The position numbers and the translations under genes were made by a program. A stretch of 51,009 bases of DNA from an uncultured Deferribacteres bacterium. GTDB lineage: Bacteria > Zhuqueibacterota > JdFR-76 > DREG01. The notes beneath the pieces are model-generated. The model did no database searches and was not told where the DNA came from. It worked only from the letters and a program-made list of their open reading frames with translations. Of this stretch, positions 30,955 through 40,190 are shown in pieces. Within the stretch, counting starts at the first letter, position 1, and each line of letters starts with the position of its first letter. The DNA lies in the NCBI GenBank assembly GCA_964464595.1, contig CAYXGW010000029.1, positions 1 to 51,009 on the forward strand, given 5' to 3'.

Positions 30955-32244
30955 ATGAGGAGTTCTACAAGCTCTGATAAGCAAACAATCTGGCACATAT
31001 TTAGCGAACGTTATATATTAGGCCTGCTTGCGTTACTATTTATTGTAGGCCTTTTTCTTTCTGTTCTTTTCAAGGAATTATTTATCATCTGGATATTAAG
31101 ATTTGTTATTCTAGGTTTAGGTCTTGCATTGTTTTATTTACTCCGGAATTATCAAATCAAATCTGAAAGTGGATATAAAAATGTTTCAGATGAAATTACA
31201 CAATCCAATTCTGCGATTCAATCAATAAAAGAATATTCGGTAAGTTCGTCAAATGAAAGAGAAGAACAATTTGATTTTTATCAGGAAATTAACCAGTTTT
31301 TTGGAAATACAATTAAAATAATCCAGGCTTCTTTTGCTGCAAATTCGGCAGTCGTTTTTTTATGGAATGATCATTTTAAGGCGCTGCAAGTTGAATTTTG
31401 CTCAAGCAACAGTAGTGCTTTAAAAGCTGGGACTCATATAGATCGAGATGGCACACTTCCTGGCAGCGTTTTAGTGAATAAAACGGTAATATCTGAAAAA
31501 AATATTCCATCCGGTCAACCTGTTCAATATTATGAAAAACCGGTCGACATTCGATCTTTTCTCGGTGTTCCAATGACAATTAGTGGCGAGATCAAAGGTG
31601 TTCTGTGCATCGATAGTTTAGCCGCCAACGATTTCAGTGATAATGATGTGGATTTACTTACATCTTTTGAAAAACTAATTAGTCAAGGTGTTGAATTAAT
31701 CAGTGAGCGAGAAAAAGTTAGATTAATTAATCAGTCTATTTCAGCTCAAAAAGTGTTTCTGGATAGTTTAAATGATGACTTTTCTAAGGGCAACGCATTT
31801 GTAGCTATTGGAAAAGCTTGTAAAAAAGTGTTTAATTATGATCGTCTTTCAATTAGCATGGTTACGCAAGAAAACAACGATGAAGGAGTTGTAGTTAAAG
31901 TCTTCGGTCAACAAGATAGTATGCAAGAAGGATATCGATTCGCACTTTCTGACGGTATCAATGGGTGGGTAATTCGTAAAAATGAACCGTTGTTACTTGG
32001 CGATTTGGAGAAAGGAGAATTATTTAGGCCTCGTTATTCGAAACATGATAAATCAAATTTTGGATTGCGATCTTTTCTCGGTGTCCCAATAAATTTTCAA
32101 GATAAAGTATTTGGAAATATAAGTCTTGAAATTAAACTACCTGAATACTATACGGAATGGGATCAAACTATTTTGATGATTCTGGCTTCCAATTTTGGGA
32201 TGGCTTTTTCCGTAATGACAGATTCGTCAAACAGAAATAATTAA
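30955..32244 (+). CDS. Membrane-anchored tandem GAF-domain protein with no recognisable output domain
   Basis: Two N-terminal TMs, then two GAF-like modules ('FLGVPMTISGEIKGVLCIDS...', 'FLGVPINFQDKVFGNISLE'). Confidence 0.65.
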   Translation: MRSSTSSDKQTIWHIFSERYILGLLALLFIVGLFLSVLFKELFIIWILRFVILGLGLALFYLLRNYQIKSESGYKNVSDEITQSNSAIQSIKEYSVSSSNEREEQFDFYQEINQFFGNTIKIIQASFAANSAVVFLWNDHFKALQVEFCSSNSSALKAGTHIDRDGTLPGSVLVNKTVISEKNIPSGQPVQYYEKPVDIRSFLGVPMTISGEIKGVLCIDSLAANDFSDNDVDLLTSFEKLISQGVELISEREKVRLINQSISAQKVFLDSLNDDFSKGNAFVAIGKACKKVFNYDRLSISMVTQENNDEGVVVKVFGQQDSMQEGYRFALSDGINGWVIRKNEPLLLGDLEKGELFRPRYSKHDKSNFGLRSFLGVPINFQDKVFGNISLEIKLPEYYTEWDQTILMILASNFGMAFSVMTDSSNRNN

Positions 32245-32270
32245 CAACAAAAAATAAAATTGGAGGAAAC

Positions 32271-32471
32271 ATGGCAAAAGGGCAATCATTTGCAGACAAA
32301 TTGGCTAAAAAATCCCAGGTATCAACCAATACCTGTCCGGTCTGTAATGGAGAATATAAAAGAATTAAATCAGTTAAGTCTTATCAATCAGACTCTTCTG
32401 GAAGCTGGAAGTTCAACCAAAAAATGGTTAATGTTTGTAAATGCAATGAAAAAGAGGTTTACTCGCTTTAG
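32271..32471 (+). CDS. Small Cys-rich zinc-ribbon protein (66 aa)
   Basis: 'CPVCNG...CKCNE'. GGAGG lies 5 nt upstream. The stop abuts the rdgB start (32472). Confidence 0.5.
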   Translation: MAKGQSFADKLAKKSQVSTNTCPVCNGEYKRIKSVKSYQSDSSGSWKFNQKMVNVCKCNEKEVYSL

Positions 32472-33137
32472 ATGGAGATAAATCTTCAAAAGATAGTTGT
32501 AGCTACCAATAATGAAGACAAATTGAATGAAATCAAAATGCTTCTTAATAATTTGGAACTAAATATTTTAAGTAAAAATGATTTTGTGAATTTTCCGGAA
32601 ATAGAAGAAACAGGGAAAAGTTTAAAAGCAAACGCGTTGCTAAAAGCAAAAGGAACATTTCAAGGGACGGGCTTACCATCAATAGCGGATGATACCGGGT
32701 TGGAAGTGTATGAACTAAACGGCGCTCCAGGGGTTTATTCGAGTCGATATGCAGGAACATTAGCGAGCTATGATGATAATGTGCAAAAACTACTAAATGA
32801 AATGAAAAATGTTCCTAAGGAAAGAAGAGGAGCTCAATTTCATTGCGTTATAGCTTTCGTTGATGGTGAACATGAGTTTACAGTTGAAGGTGTTTGCAAA
32901 GGAATAATTATTCATTCTCCACAAGGTAAAGACGGATTTGGCTATGACCCCATTTTTTTCGTCCCTGAATATGGAAAAACGTTTGCTGAAATGTCGCCTG
33001 AATTAAAAAATAGCATCAGCCATCGCGGAAAGGGTTTAACAAAAATTAATTCCTATTTATCCAAGTATTTTGAAGCAAAGGTTATTCATCAAAAAGTAAA
33101 TATTCAAACGAACAGTAATATAAACAAAATTGTTTGA
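32472..33137 (+). CDS. rdgB: Non-canonical purine NTP pyrophosphatase (RdgB/HAM1 family)
   Basis: 'KIVVATNNEDKLNEIK...GAPGVYSSRYAG...FGYDPIFFVPE...SHRG'. Confidence 0.9.
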   Translation: MEINLQKIVVATNNEDKLNEIKMLLNNLELNILSKNDFVNFPEIEETGKSLKANALLKAKGTFQGTGLPSIADDTGLEVYELNGAPGVYSSRYAGTLASYDDNVQKLLNEMKNVPKERRGAQFHCVIAFVDGEHEFTVEGVCKGIIIHSPQGKDGFGYDPIFFVPEYGKTFAEMSPELKNSISHRGKGLTKINSYLSKYFEAKVIHQKVNIQTNSNINKIV

Positions 33138-33179
33138 AATTTAATTATCTAAAACGTAAATTGTGATCTTTGAAAAAAT

Positions 33180-33256
<77 letters not shown>

Positions 33257-33320
33257 TTCTTTTAGCTATTCCATTTAAAACAGGAATTCTATTTGCAGGT
33301 AGTTTATTATATTCACTTCT

Positions 33321-33599
33321 GTGTCGATATATTGTAAAAAATCAATTTATACATTGCCTACCTATAACGATATATTAAGAAATTATGTTGGAGCCGTAGG
33401 GAAACTAACCCGGTTTAAAGGCGAGTTCCATCGCTTCAGAGTTGCATTCAAGATTGCAGATCCGTCAGTAGTTAAAGATATGCGTAGCCAGGGAGCCGAG
33501 TTGTATACTCTTGTCGAAGTCGGCGACGATTATATTGCTTTTCAAACCTCTAATACTAAAGTGTACCTTCCAACGTCGACCGTAGTTTTAGAAGACTAA
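33321..33599 (+). CDS. Hypothetical small protein (up to 92 aa; alternative ATG at 33386)
   Basis: Open frame only. No recognisable motif and no strong RBS. Lies between the tRNA and the BMC locus. Confidence 0.3.
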   Translation: MSIYCKKSIYTLPTYNDILRNYVGAVGKLTRFKGEFHRFRVAFKIADPSVVKDMRSQGAELYTLVEVGDDYIAFQTSNTKVYLPTSTVVLED

Positions 33600-33630
33600 A
33601 TTTAACTATATCTACACCCTATTTTCGTAA

Positions 33631-33718
33631 TTTGTCAATTAAAACTTGACAAAGTAATATTTTTTTAATACGTTTTGGACAAATGTTCAACATAAGTGAA
33701 CATATGTTCAAATGAACA
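33631..33718 (+). promoter_or_regulatory. Candidate operator region of the DeoR/SorC regulator: two palindromic elements upstream of and overlapping its start codon
   Basis: TTTGTCAA-n7-TTGACAAA at 33631-33653. Alternating TGTTCA/TGAACA half-sites at 33684-33718, including the perfect palindrome TGAACAtaTGTTCA. Confidence 0.45.
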
Positions 33719-34677
33719 AAAATATAAATCAAACACACATGATAGTAGAAGCAGCTCAATTATATTACGAGCATCAATTTAGTCAACAATTGATATCAAA
33801 GAAGTTGGGTATCTCCCGCCCCGGGGTATCTCGACTTCTAAAGCAAGCTCGAGATAAAGGTATTGTTAAGATTGAAGTTATCGATCCAACAAAAAAAGGG
33901 ACTCGATTAGAAGCAAAATTAAAAGAAAAATTTGGATTAAAAAAAGTTATAGTTGTCCCAATCGATACAGATTCTTCCCAAAGTATTAAGCAGATGCTGG
34001 GTAATGCAGCAGTTAAAATTCTGGAAGTATTGGTTGAAGATAACATGATTTTGGGGGTGTCTTGGGGAACTACTATGCAAGAAGTTGCCCGGCAAGTAAA
34101 TGTGAAAATGTTTAAAGATTTAATTGTAGTTCAACTAAACGGTGGGGTTTCACGTGCCGAATATGATACTCATGCTAGTGAAATTGCCTTGAAGATTGGT
34201 GAAAAATTCCATGCAATTCCATTTTTGCTTCCCTTGCCAGCGATTGTTGATAGCCCGGAAGTTAAAAAGGCCATTGTATCAGACAAAAATATCGCTCGAA
34301 CTTTAGATTTAGCTAAACAAGCAAAAGTAGCAATATTTACAATTGGCTCATTTGGGTTAGAGTCAGTTTTGGTAAAGGCTGACTATTTCGAACAAGATGA
34401 GATAGATGCCTTATTGAAACAAAAGGCAATTGCGGATGTTTGCTCAAGAATTATAGACTCTGAAGGTAATTTATGTTCAAGTGAGCTTAACTCTCGTACA
34501 ATAGGCATTGAAATCGAGGAATTACAAAAAAAACCTTATTCAATCGCGGTTGCAGGTGGCAAAGAAAAATTAAATGCGATTCAAGCTGGTTTAAAAGGAA
34601 AAATTTTCAATATTCTAATAACAGATGAATGGGTTGCCAAAGAGCTTTTGGAAATTGATACCGACGAAAGATACTAA
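33712..34677 (+). CDS. SorC/DeoR-family sugar-phosphate-responsive transcriptional regulator
   Basis: N-terminal HTH 'LISKKLGISRPGVSRLLKQARDKGIVKI' and a C-terminal sugar-binding (SorC-like) domain. First gene of the BMC locus. Confidence 0.85.
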   Translation: MNKNINQTHMIVEAAQLYYEHQFSQQLISKKLGISRPGVSRLLKQARDKGIVKIEVIDPTKKGTRLEAKLKEKFGLKKVIVVPIDTDSSQSIKQMLGNAAVKILEVLVEDNMILGVSWGTTMQEVARQVNVKMFKDLIVVQLNGGVSRAEYDTHASEIALKIGEKFHAIPFLLPLPAIVDSPEVKKAIVSDKNIARTLDLAKQAKVAIFTIGSFGLESVLVKADYFEQDEIDALLKQKAIADVCSRIIDSEGNLCSSELNSRTIGIEIEELQKKPYSIAVAGGKEKLNAIQAGLKGKIFNILITDEWVAKELLEIDTDERY

Positions 34678-34686
34678 AAAAATAAA

Positions 34687-36093
34687 ATGACCGCAAAGAA
34701 AAATATTAACATTGCAATTGGTTCTGATCATGGTGGTTTTGATCTCAAAGAAAATTTAAAAATATTTTTATCTGAGAAAGGCTATCAATTTTCTGATTGT
34801 GGGACGGATAGTAAAGAATCAGTAGATTATCCAAAATTTGCCTATGCGGTTGCTAATAAAATTGCAAATGATGAAGTACATTTCGGCATTATGATAGATG
34901 GCGCTGGTATAGGCTCTGCTATAGCAGCAAATAAGGTTAAAGGAGTTCGTGCAGCATCTTGCTACAATGTTCAAACTGCAAAAAATGCGCGAGAACACAA
35001 TAATGCAAATATGCTCACTTTGGGAGGTGGTTTAATAGAACCAGGGTTGGCTAGGCAAATCGTTGAAATATTTTTAACTACAGATTGTACTATCGATAGA
35101 CATTTGCGCCGAGTGCAAATGATCAATGAATTAGATAATACAATGCCACCAAACAAGTTATTAAAAGATAATAGTCTAACAAACAAGGAGAAAACCTTGA
35201 TAAATATTTCTAGTGCAGATCTTGCTAGAATTGCTGAAAGAGTGGGTGAATTAATCGTAGGTTCCAGTGAGAGTACACAAGGCGCGAATTGTGGAACGGA
35301 TATGGTGTGCGCATGCGGTATGTGTGTAGAGCGAAAGCCTGAAACCATTCGTAAATTCCTCAATTCCGGAGTTGAAAGAATCGGTTATCATGATGGAACT
35401 GGCTGTGAATGTGTACCTCAAGACATCGCGCATTGTATCGATCACACCTTGCTGAAACCTGATGCCATGGAAAAAGATGTCATACAGCTTTGTAATGAAG
35501 CGAGAGAATACAATTTTGCTACTGTGTGCATTAGTCCAAGTTATGTTAGGTTAGCGGCAAAACATCTTGCAGGAACCCGGGTTAAAGTCTGTACCGTTGT
35601 GGGTTTCCCATCGGGTGCACATTTACCAGAAATTAAAGCAATGGAAACGAGACAAGCAATCCGCGACGGCGCTAGTGAGATTGATATGGTCATCAATATT
35701 GGCGCTTTAAAAAGTGGAAATGATGACCTAGTCTACCGGGATATTCGCATGGTTTGTGAAGCATGCGAAGATGGAGGTGTAATCAGTAAAGTTATTATAG
35801 AGGCGGCTCTGTTATCAGATGATGAAAAGCTTCGAGCTTGCAATTTGGCAAAGATAGCTCGTGCAAATTTTGTTAAGACCTCTACCGGTTTTGGACCTCA
35901 TGGGGCTACAGCTGAAGATGTTTCTCTTATGAGCAGGGTAGTGCAGCAGTCAGGAATTGAAGTAAAAGCTGCAGGAGGTATTCGCGATTTAGAATCAGCA
36001 AAAGAAATGATTGCAGCGGGTGCAACTAGAATTGGGGCAAGTGCAGGCATCAAAATCTTGCAAGAAGCTAAATCAATTACAGTATCAAATTGA
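34687..36093 (+). CDS. Bifunctional fusion: RpiB/LacAB-family sugar-phosphate isomerase (aa 1-150), Cys-rich linker with an amphipathic helix (aa 151-245), then deoxyribose-phosphate aldolase DeoC/DERA (aa 246-468)
   Basis: RpiB: 'NIAIGSDHGGFDL...DYPKFAYAVA...GIMIDGAGIGSAIAANK'. Linker: 'ADLARIAERVGELIV' and 'CGTDMVCACGMCVERK...GTGCEC'. DERA: 'HCIDHTLLKPDA...ATVCISP...VGFPSG...FVKTSTGF' (Schiff-base Lys). Confidence 0.85.
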   Translation: MTAKKNINIAIGSDHGGFDLKENLKIFLSEKGYQFSDCGTDSKESVDYPKFAYAVANKIANDEVHFGIMIDGAGIGSAIAANKVKGVRAASCYNVQTAKNAREHNNANMLTLGGGLIEPGLARQIVEIFLTTDCTIDRHLRRVQMINELDNTMPPNKLLKDNSLTNKEKTLINISSADLARIAERVGELIVGSSESTQGANCGTDMVCACGMCVERKPETIRKFLNSGVERIGYHDGTGCECVPQDIAHCIDHTLLKPDAMEKDVIQLCNEAREYNFATVCISPSYVRLAAKHLAGTRVKVCTVVGFPSGAHLPEIKAMETRQAIRDGASEIDMVINIGALKSGNDDLVYRDIRMVCEACEDGGVISKVIIEAALLSDDEKLRACNLAKIARANFVKTSTGFGPHGATAEDVSLMSRVVQQSGIEVKAAGGIRDLESAKEMIAAGATRIGASAGIKILQEAKSITVSN

Positions 36094-36168
36094 AACGGAA
36101 TAAACAAAAACTGGTAAGGTTTTTACGAATGAAATTCAGTAACAATAATAAAATGAGGAGACAATCAA

Positions 36169-36789
36169 GTGGTTGATCTAAGAGCTTACGTATTTTTAGA
36201 TAAACTGCAGCCACAATATGCTGCATTTTTAGGAACAATAGCTCAGGGATTTTTACCGATTGCGGGTATGGCATCTTTATATATCGAAATATCTCCTGGC
36301 ATCGAAATTAACCGGATCACCGACATCGCTCTAAAATCTACCAATGTAACTCCGGGTATGCAGATTGTAGAAAGATTGTATGGCATGTTGGAAATCCACT
36401 CGGAATCCCAAGCAGATGTTCGTCAAGCGGGAAGGGCAATTCTGGATGCGCTTGAATTGAATGAAGAGGATCGGTGGAAACCGAAGATATTTTCCAAACA
36501 GGTCATTCGACGAATAGATGATCACCAGACCCAATTAATCAATCGGATGCGGCATGGTAACATGATAGTTCCCGGTGAAACACTTTTCGTTATGGAGGTT
36601 CAACCGGCGGCTTACGCAGCCCTGGCAGCAAACGAAGCAGAAAAAGCTTCGGAAATTAATATCTTAGAAGTCCGGTCGTTCGGTAGTTTTGGAAGAATTT
36701 ATTTGGGCGGAGAAGAACGGGATATAGATGTTGGTTGGCGCGCTGCCGTAAGGGCAATTGAAGAAGTTACAGGTAAAGAAAAAGAATAA
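36169..36789 (+). CDS. BMC shell protein, tandem/permuted BMC-domain type (BMC-T, EutL/PduB-like)
   Basis: 206 aa. '[25 protein letters not shown]' is a permuted-BMC N-terminus and a second BMC-like repeat lies in the C-terminal half. The gene sits among shell genes. Confidence 0.6.
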   Translation: MVDLRAYVFLDKLQPQYAAFLGTIAQGFLPIAGMASLYIEISPGIEINRITDIALKSTNVTPGMQIVERLYGMLEIHSESQADVRQAGRAILDALELNEEDRWKPKIFSKQVIRRIDDHQTQLINRMRHGNMIVPGETLFVMEVQPAAYAALAANEAEKASEINILEVRSFGSFGRIYLGGEERDIDVGWRAAVRAIEEVTGKEKE

Positions 36790-36844
36790 TGATTGAAATT
36801 TAGAATTCTCGTATTTACACCAAAATTATCTGGAGGTAATTAAG

Positions 36845-37156
36845 ATGGCTGAAGCATTAGGAATGATAGAAACACGTAGTTACCCGGCAATGGTAGAAGC
36901 AGCAGATGCAATGGTAAAGGCTGCAAAAGTTGAATTAGTGGCATTTCAAAATACAGGTGGGGGCTATGTTACCGCAGTTGTGCGTGGCGATGTAGCGGCT
37001 GTGAAAGCAGCTTGCGACGCCGGCAGGGCAGGCTCTGCGCGAGTGGGTGAAATTGTAGCAGTTCATGTCATTGCACGTCCTCATAACAATGTGGATGAGG
37101 TTTTACCATTGGGCCGACAAGAAGAAAGCAAGTCTCCGTCCAAGACTAAAAAATAA
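36845..37156 (+). CDS. BMC-H hexameric shell protein (PduA/EutM/CcmK-like)
   Basis: '[58 protein letters not shown]' is the canonical Pfam BMC-domain consensus. Confidence 0.95.
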   Translation: MAEALGMIETRSYPAMVEAADAMVKAAKVELVAFQNTGGGYVTAVVRGDVAAVKAACDAGRAGSARVGEIVAVHVIARPHNNVDEVLPLGRQEESKSPSKTKK

Positions 37157-37168
37157 TAGGGAGGCACA

Positions 37169-37468
37169 ATGGTTCTCGCTAAAGTTGTGGGTACTGTAGT
37201 ATCCACGCGTAAAGAGGAAAGTATGGAAGGACTTAAATTCCTTATCTTACAGCAAGTTGATTTGGATGGTAATAATAGCGGAGGCATTGTTGTCGCCGCC
37301 GATGCGGTTGATGCGGGAGTTGGCGAATTGGTCCTTTATGCCAGCGGCAGTTCAGCTCGTCAAACCATAAAAACAGATAAACGCCCATGTGATGCGGTTG
37401 TTATGGCTATTGTGGATAATTGGGAAGTTGGTGGTAATATTAAATATAAAAAAGGCATTGATGATTAG
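37169..37468 (+). CDS. BMC-P pentameric vertex protein (EutN/CcmL/PduN family), paralog 1
   Basis: '[31 protein letters not shown]...[26 protein letters not shown]'. Confidence 0.9.
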   Translation: MVLAKVVGTVVSTRKEESMEGLKFLILQQVDLDGNNSGGIVVAADAVDAGVGELVLYASGSSARQTIKTDKRPCDAVVMAIVDNWEVGGNIKYKKGIDD

Positions 37469-37543
37469 TGTATTTTAGTATCCAGTTTTTAATGAAAATA
37501 GCGGTTAATGACAATGAACGAAAAATGTTTATGAAGGTGTAGT

Positions 37544-38998
37544 ATGTCACAGCTAACCCAAGAACAAGTAGATTTGATTGCTTCGCAAGTAGCAACCCTG
37601 ATAAAAGGCAAGCCCAATCAAACCACTTTGTCTCAAGCAACTTCTCACCAGACCTCAAATCCTCAGACCGCGAGTATGGGTGTATTTCCTGATATTGATT
37701 CAGCAGTGGCTGCAGCGAATCATGCTCATCTGCAATTGATGTCAATGACTCTACAAAAACGCAATGATATTATAGCGAGCATCCGAAAAAAAATGTTGGA
37801 GCACACTGAGGAATTGGCCAAACAAGCGCATGCAGAAACGGGGCTCGGAAGAGTTGAAGATAAAATTGCAAAAAATCGCTTAGTGACTGAAAAAACACCA
37901 GGTACAGAAGCCCTGGAACCAGTAGCTTATTCCGGAGATCGAGGATTAACTTTAATGGAGTTGGCTCCTTATGGTGTTATTGGAGTCATTACACCAACTA
38001 CTAATCCGACTTCAACGATTATCTGTAATACCATTGGCATGGTAGCGGCTGGCAACGCGGTTGTGTTTAATGTCCATCCTGGAGCAAAACAGGTAAGTGT
38101 TTACAACGTTGAGCTCTTAAATGAAGCTATAACAGAAGTCGGCGGACCTGCAAATTTGGTCACCACAATAGCTGATCCAACCATTGCAAGCGCTCAAGAG
38201 CTAATGACTCATAGTGGAGTTCGGCTATTGGTTGTTACCGGGGGCGCTGGTGTTGTCAAAGCAGCAATGACCAGTGGAAAACGGGCGATCTGTGCCGGGC
38301 CTGGAAATCCTCCCGTTGTAGTAGATGAAACTGCCGACATTGAAAAAGCTGCGAAGTCGATCATTGTTGGTGGGTCCATGGACAATAATATTATTTGTGT
38401 GGATGAAAAGGAAGTCTTCGTTGTTGAATCCGTAGCCGATCAATTAATTGCAGCCCTTGCGCAAGTAGATGCAATCATTTTAACTCCGGAGCAAGTTCAA
38501 CAAATAGAAAAAGTTATTTTTACAGAAAACCGTGGACCGGGCAAACCGGGAGTAATGTGTAAGGACTATATTGGGAAAAATATCAACATCATTCTTGCTA
38601 AAATTGGTTTGCAGGTAGAGAATAAAATTCGATTAGCCATAGCTCCTGTCCCTCAAGACCATCCTTTGGTGTGGAGTGAACAGATGATGCCAATTATGCC
38701 GGTAGTACGCATGCCAAATGTGGATGCGGCAATCGATATTGCAAAAGAAGCTGAGCATGACTTTCGCCATACTGCGGTCATGCATTCGCGGAATTTAGAT
38801 AACCTGAGCCGGATGGCGAAATTAATGAATTGTAGCATTTTTGTAAAAAATGGACCTTCCGTAGCGGGGCTTGGTTATGGTGGTGAAGGGTTTTGCTCAT
38901 TTTCCATAGCGAGTCCGACGGGAGAAGGCTTAACGAACCCAAGAAGTTTTTCAAGAGAAAGACGTTGTGTTTTGGTCGATCATTTTAGAATAGTATGA
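37544..38998 (+). CDS. CoA-acylating aldehyde dehydrogenase (PduP/EutE-like) with an N-terminal encapsulation-peptide-like amphipathic helix
   Basis: ALDH fold with catalytic Cys in 'ICVDEKE' and 'GPGNPPVVVDETAD'. The N-terminal 'LTQEQVDLIASQVATLIKG' amphipathic helix is followed by a polar linker. Confidence 0.85.
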   Translation: MSQLTQEQVDLIASQVATLIKGKPNQTTLSQATSHQTSNPQTASMGVFPDIDSAVAAANHAHLQLMSMTLQKRNDIIASIRKKMLEHTEELAKQAHAETGLGRVEDKIAKNRLVTEKTPGTEALEPVAYSGDRGLTLMELAPYGVIGVITPTTNPTSTIICNTIGMVAAGNAVVFNVHPGAKQVSVYNVELLNEAITEVGGPANLVTTIADPTIASAQELMTHSGVRLLVVTGGAGVVKAAMTSGKRAICAGPGNPPVVVDETADIEKAAKSIIVGGSMDNNIICVDEKEVFVVESVADQLIAALAQVDAIILTPEQVQQIEKVIFTENRGPGKPGVMCKDYIGKNINIILAKIGLQVENKIRLAIAPVPQDHPLVWSEQMMPIMPVVRMPNVDAAIDIAKEAEHDFRHTAVMHSRNLDNLSRMAKLMNCSIFVKNGPSVAGLGYGGEGFCSFSIASPTGEGLTNPRSFSRERRCVLVDHFRIV

Positions 38999-39002
38999 TA
39001 AT

Positions 39003-39614
39003 ATGATGAATAGATACCCGGCACTTGCCTTAATCGAATATTCTAGCATTGCAACCGGAATTTATTGCGGTGATGCAATGGTAAAACGTGCACCCATTAC
39101 AGTCCTCAAATCAGGAACAGTCCATCAAGGGAAATTTCTTGTGCTCATTGGCGGAAGTGTAGCTGCTGTTGAAGAATCCTACGAAGAAGGTCTTGCAATG
39201 GGTGGAGATTCTGTAATAGACAAAGTATTTCTACCATTTGTTCATACCCAGGTTCATGATGCAATTTTGGGAAAACGGCAGCCTTGTTCAAATGATGCTG
39301 TTGGAGTGATAGAAACAAACACCGTTGCTGCTACGATTCAATCGGCGGATGCTGGAGTAAAAGGCGCAGATGTAACTATTGTAGAAATCAGGTTGGCAGA
39401 TGACATTGGTGGAAAAGCAATAGCTGTTTTCAATGGAAAATTGGAAGAAGTAGAAGCCGCTGTCATGATTGCGAAAGACCAGGTCACAGAACAAGAACAT
39501 TGGCTTGGAGATGTAATAATTCCGAGAATACATGCTGAAATGGCTCATCAAATCGAACAGTCTACCAGTTTTGCTAATGTAGATCTCAATCAAGTTGAAG
39601 GGTTTGAGGTCTAA
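39003..39614 (+). CDS. BMC-T shell protein (two tandem BMC domains, PduT-like)
   Basis: Domain 1 'ALIEYSSIATGIYCGDAMVKRAPITVL...', domain 2 'VGVIETNTVAATIQSADAGVKGADVTIVEI...'. 203 aa. Confidence 0.8.
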   Translation: MMNRYPALALIEYSSIATGIYCGDAMVKRAPITVLKSGTVHQGKFLVLIGGSVAAVEESYEEGLAMGGDSVIDKVFLPFVHTQVHDAILGKRQPCSNDAVGVIETNTVAATIQSADAGVKGADVTIVEIRLADDIGGKAIAVFNGKLEEVEAAVMIAKDQVTEQEHWLGDVIIPRIHAEMAHQIEQSTSFANVDLNQVEGFEV

Positions 39615-39896
39615 ATGCTGCTTGGTAAAGTCATAGGAACATTAACGCCTTGCGTAGTTTATGAAGGACTGGAAGGTGTCCCATTGCTTTTAATTCAACC
39701 TCTCGATAAAAATAAAAACAAAACCGGCACACCACTTGTTGCTGCAGATTCAACCAGAATGGCAGGTCCTGATGAACTTATCTATTACGAAGGTGGAAGG
39801 GAAGCAGCGATGGCGTTGGAACCATGGTTTGTGCCTATAAACCATACAATTATCGGGATCGTTGATGGCGTTCATTTACTTGATTTGGAGGACTAA
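39615..39896 (+). CDS. BMC-P vertex protein, paralog 2
   Basis: 'MLLGKVIGTLTPCVVYEGLEGVPLLLIQPLD...PLVAADSTRMAGPDELIYYEGG'. The start abuts the upstream stop. Confidence 0.85.
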   Translation: MLLGKVIGTLTPCVVYEGLEGVPLLLIQPLDKNKNKTGTPLVAADSTRMAGPDELIYYEGGREAAMALEPWFVPINHTIIGIVDGVHLLDLED

Positions 39897-40190
39897 ATGA
39901 TTTTGGGCCGCATCAGCGGAGCTATTCATTCGACAATAAATCATGATTTTTATGACAACAAAAGACTTCTAATTGTTGACCTGCTAAACATTGACGGGAA
40001 GCCAACTGGCAAGTATTTAATCGCAGTTGATTCAGTAGATGCCGGCGTGGGTGAAACGGTGCTAGTGATAGACGAAGGCAATTCGGCCAGGCAGATCCTG
40101 GATGATGCACTGGCACCGATAAGATCTATTATCGTCGGCATTGTTGATGAAGTGCATTTACCAGGCATAATTAATTCTTTTAATTTGTAG
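39897..40190 (+). CDS. BMC-P vertex protein, paralog 3
   Basis: 'MILGRISGAIHSTINHDFYDNKRLLIVDL...YLIAVDSVDAGVGETVLVIDEGNSARQ'. The start abuts the upstream stop. Confidence 0.85.
   Translation: MILGRISGAIHSTINHDFYDNKRLLIVDLLNIDGKPTGKYLIAVDSVDAGVGETVLVIDEGNSARQILDDALAPIRSIIVGIVDEVHLPGIINSFNL

Noticed and set aside
32260-32481. Alternative 73-aa frame overlapping the Zn-ribbon ORF
   Set aside because: It has no motifs, a poorer RBS, and runs into the rdgB start. The 32271 frame has GGAGG at correct spacing and a Cys-ribbon pattern.
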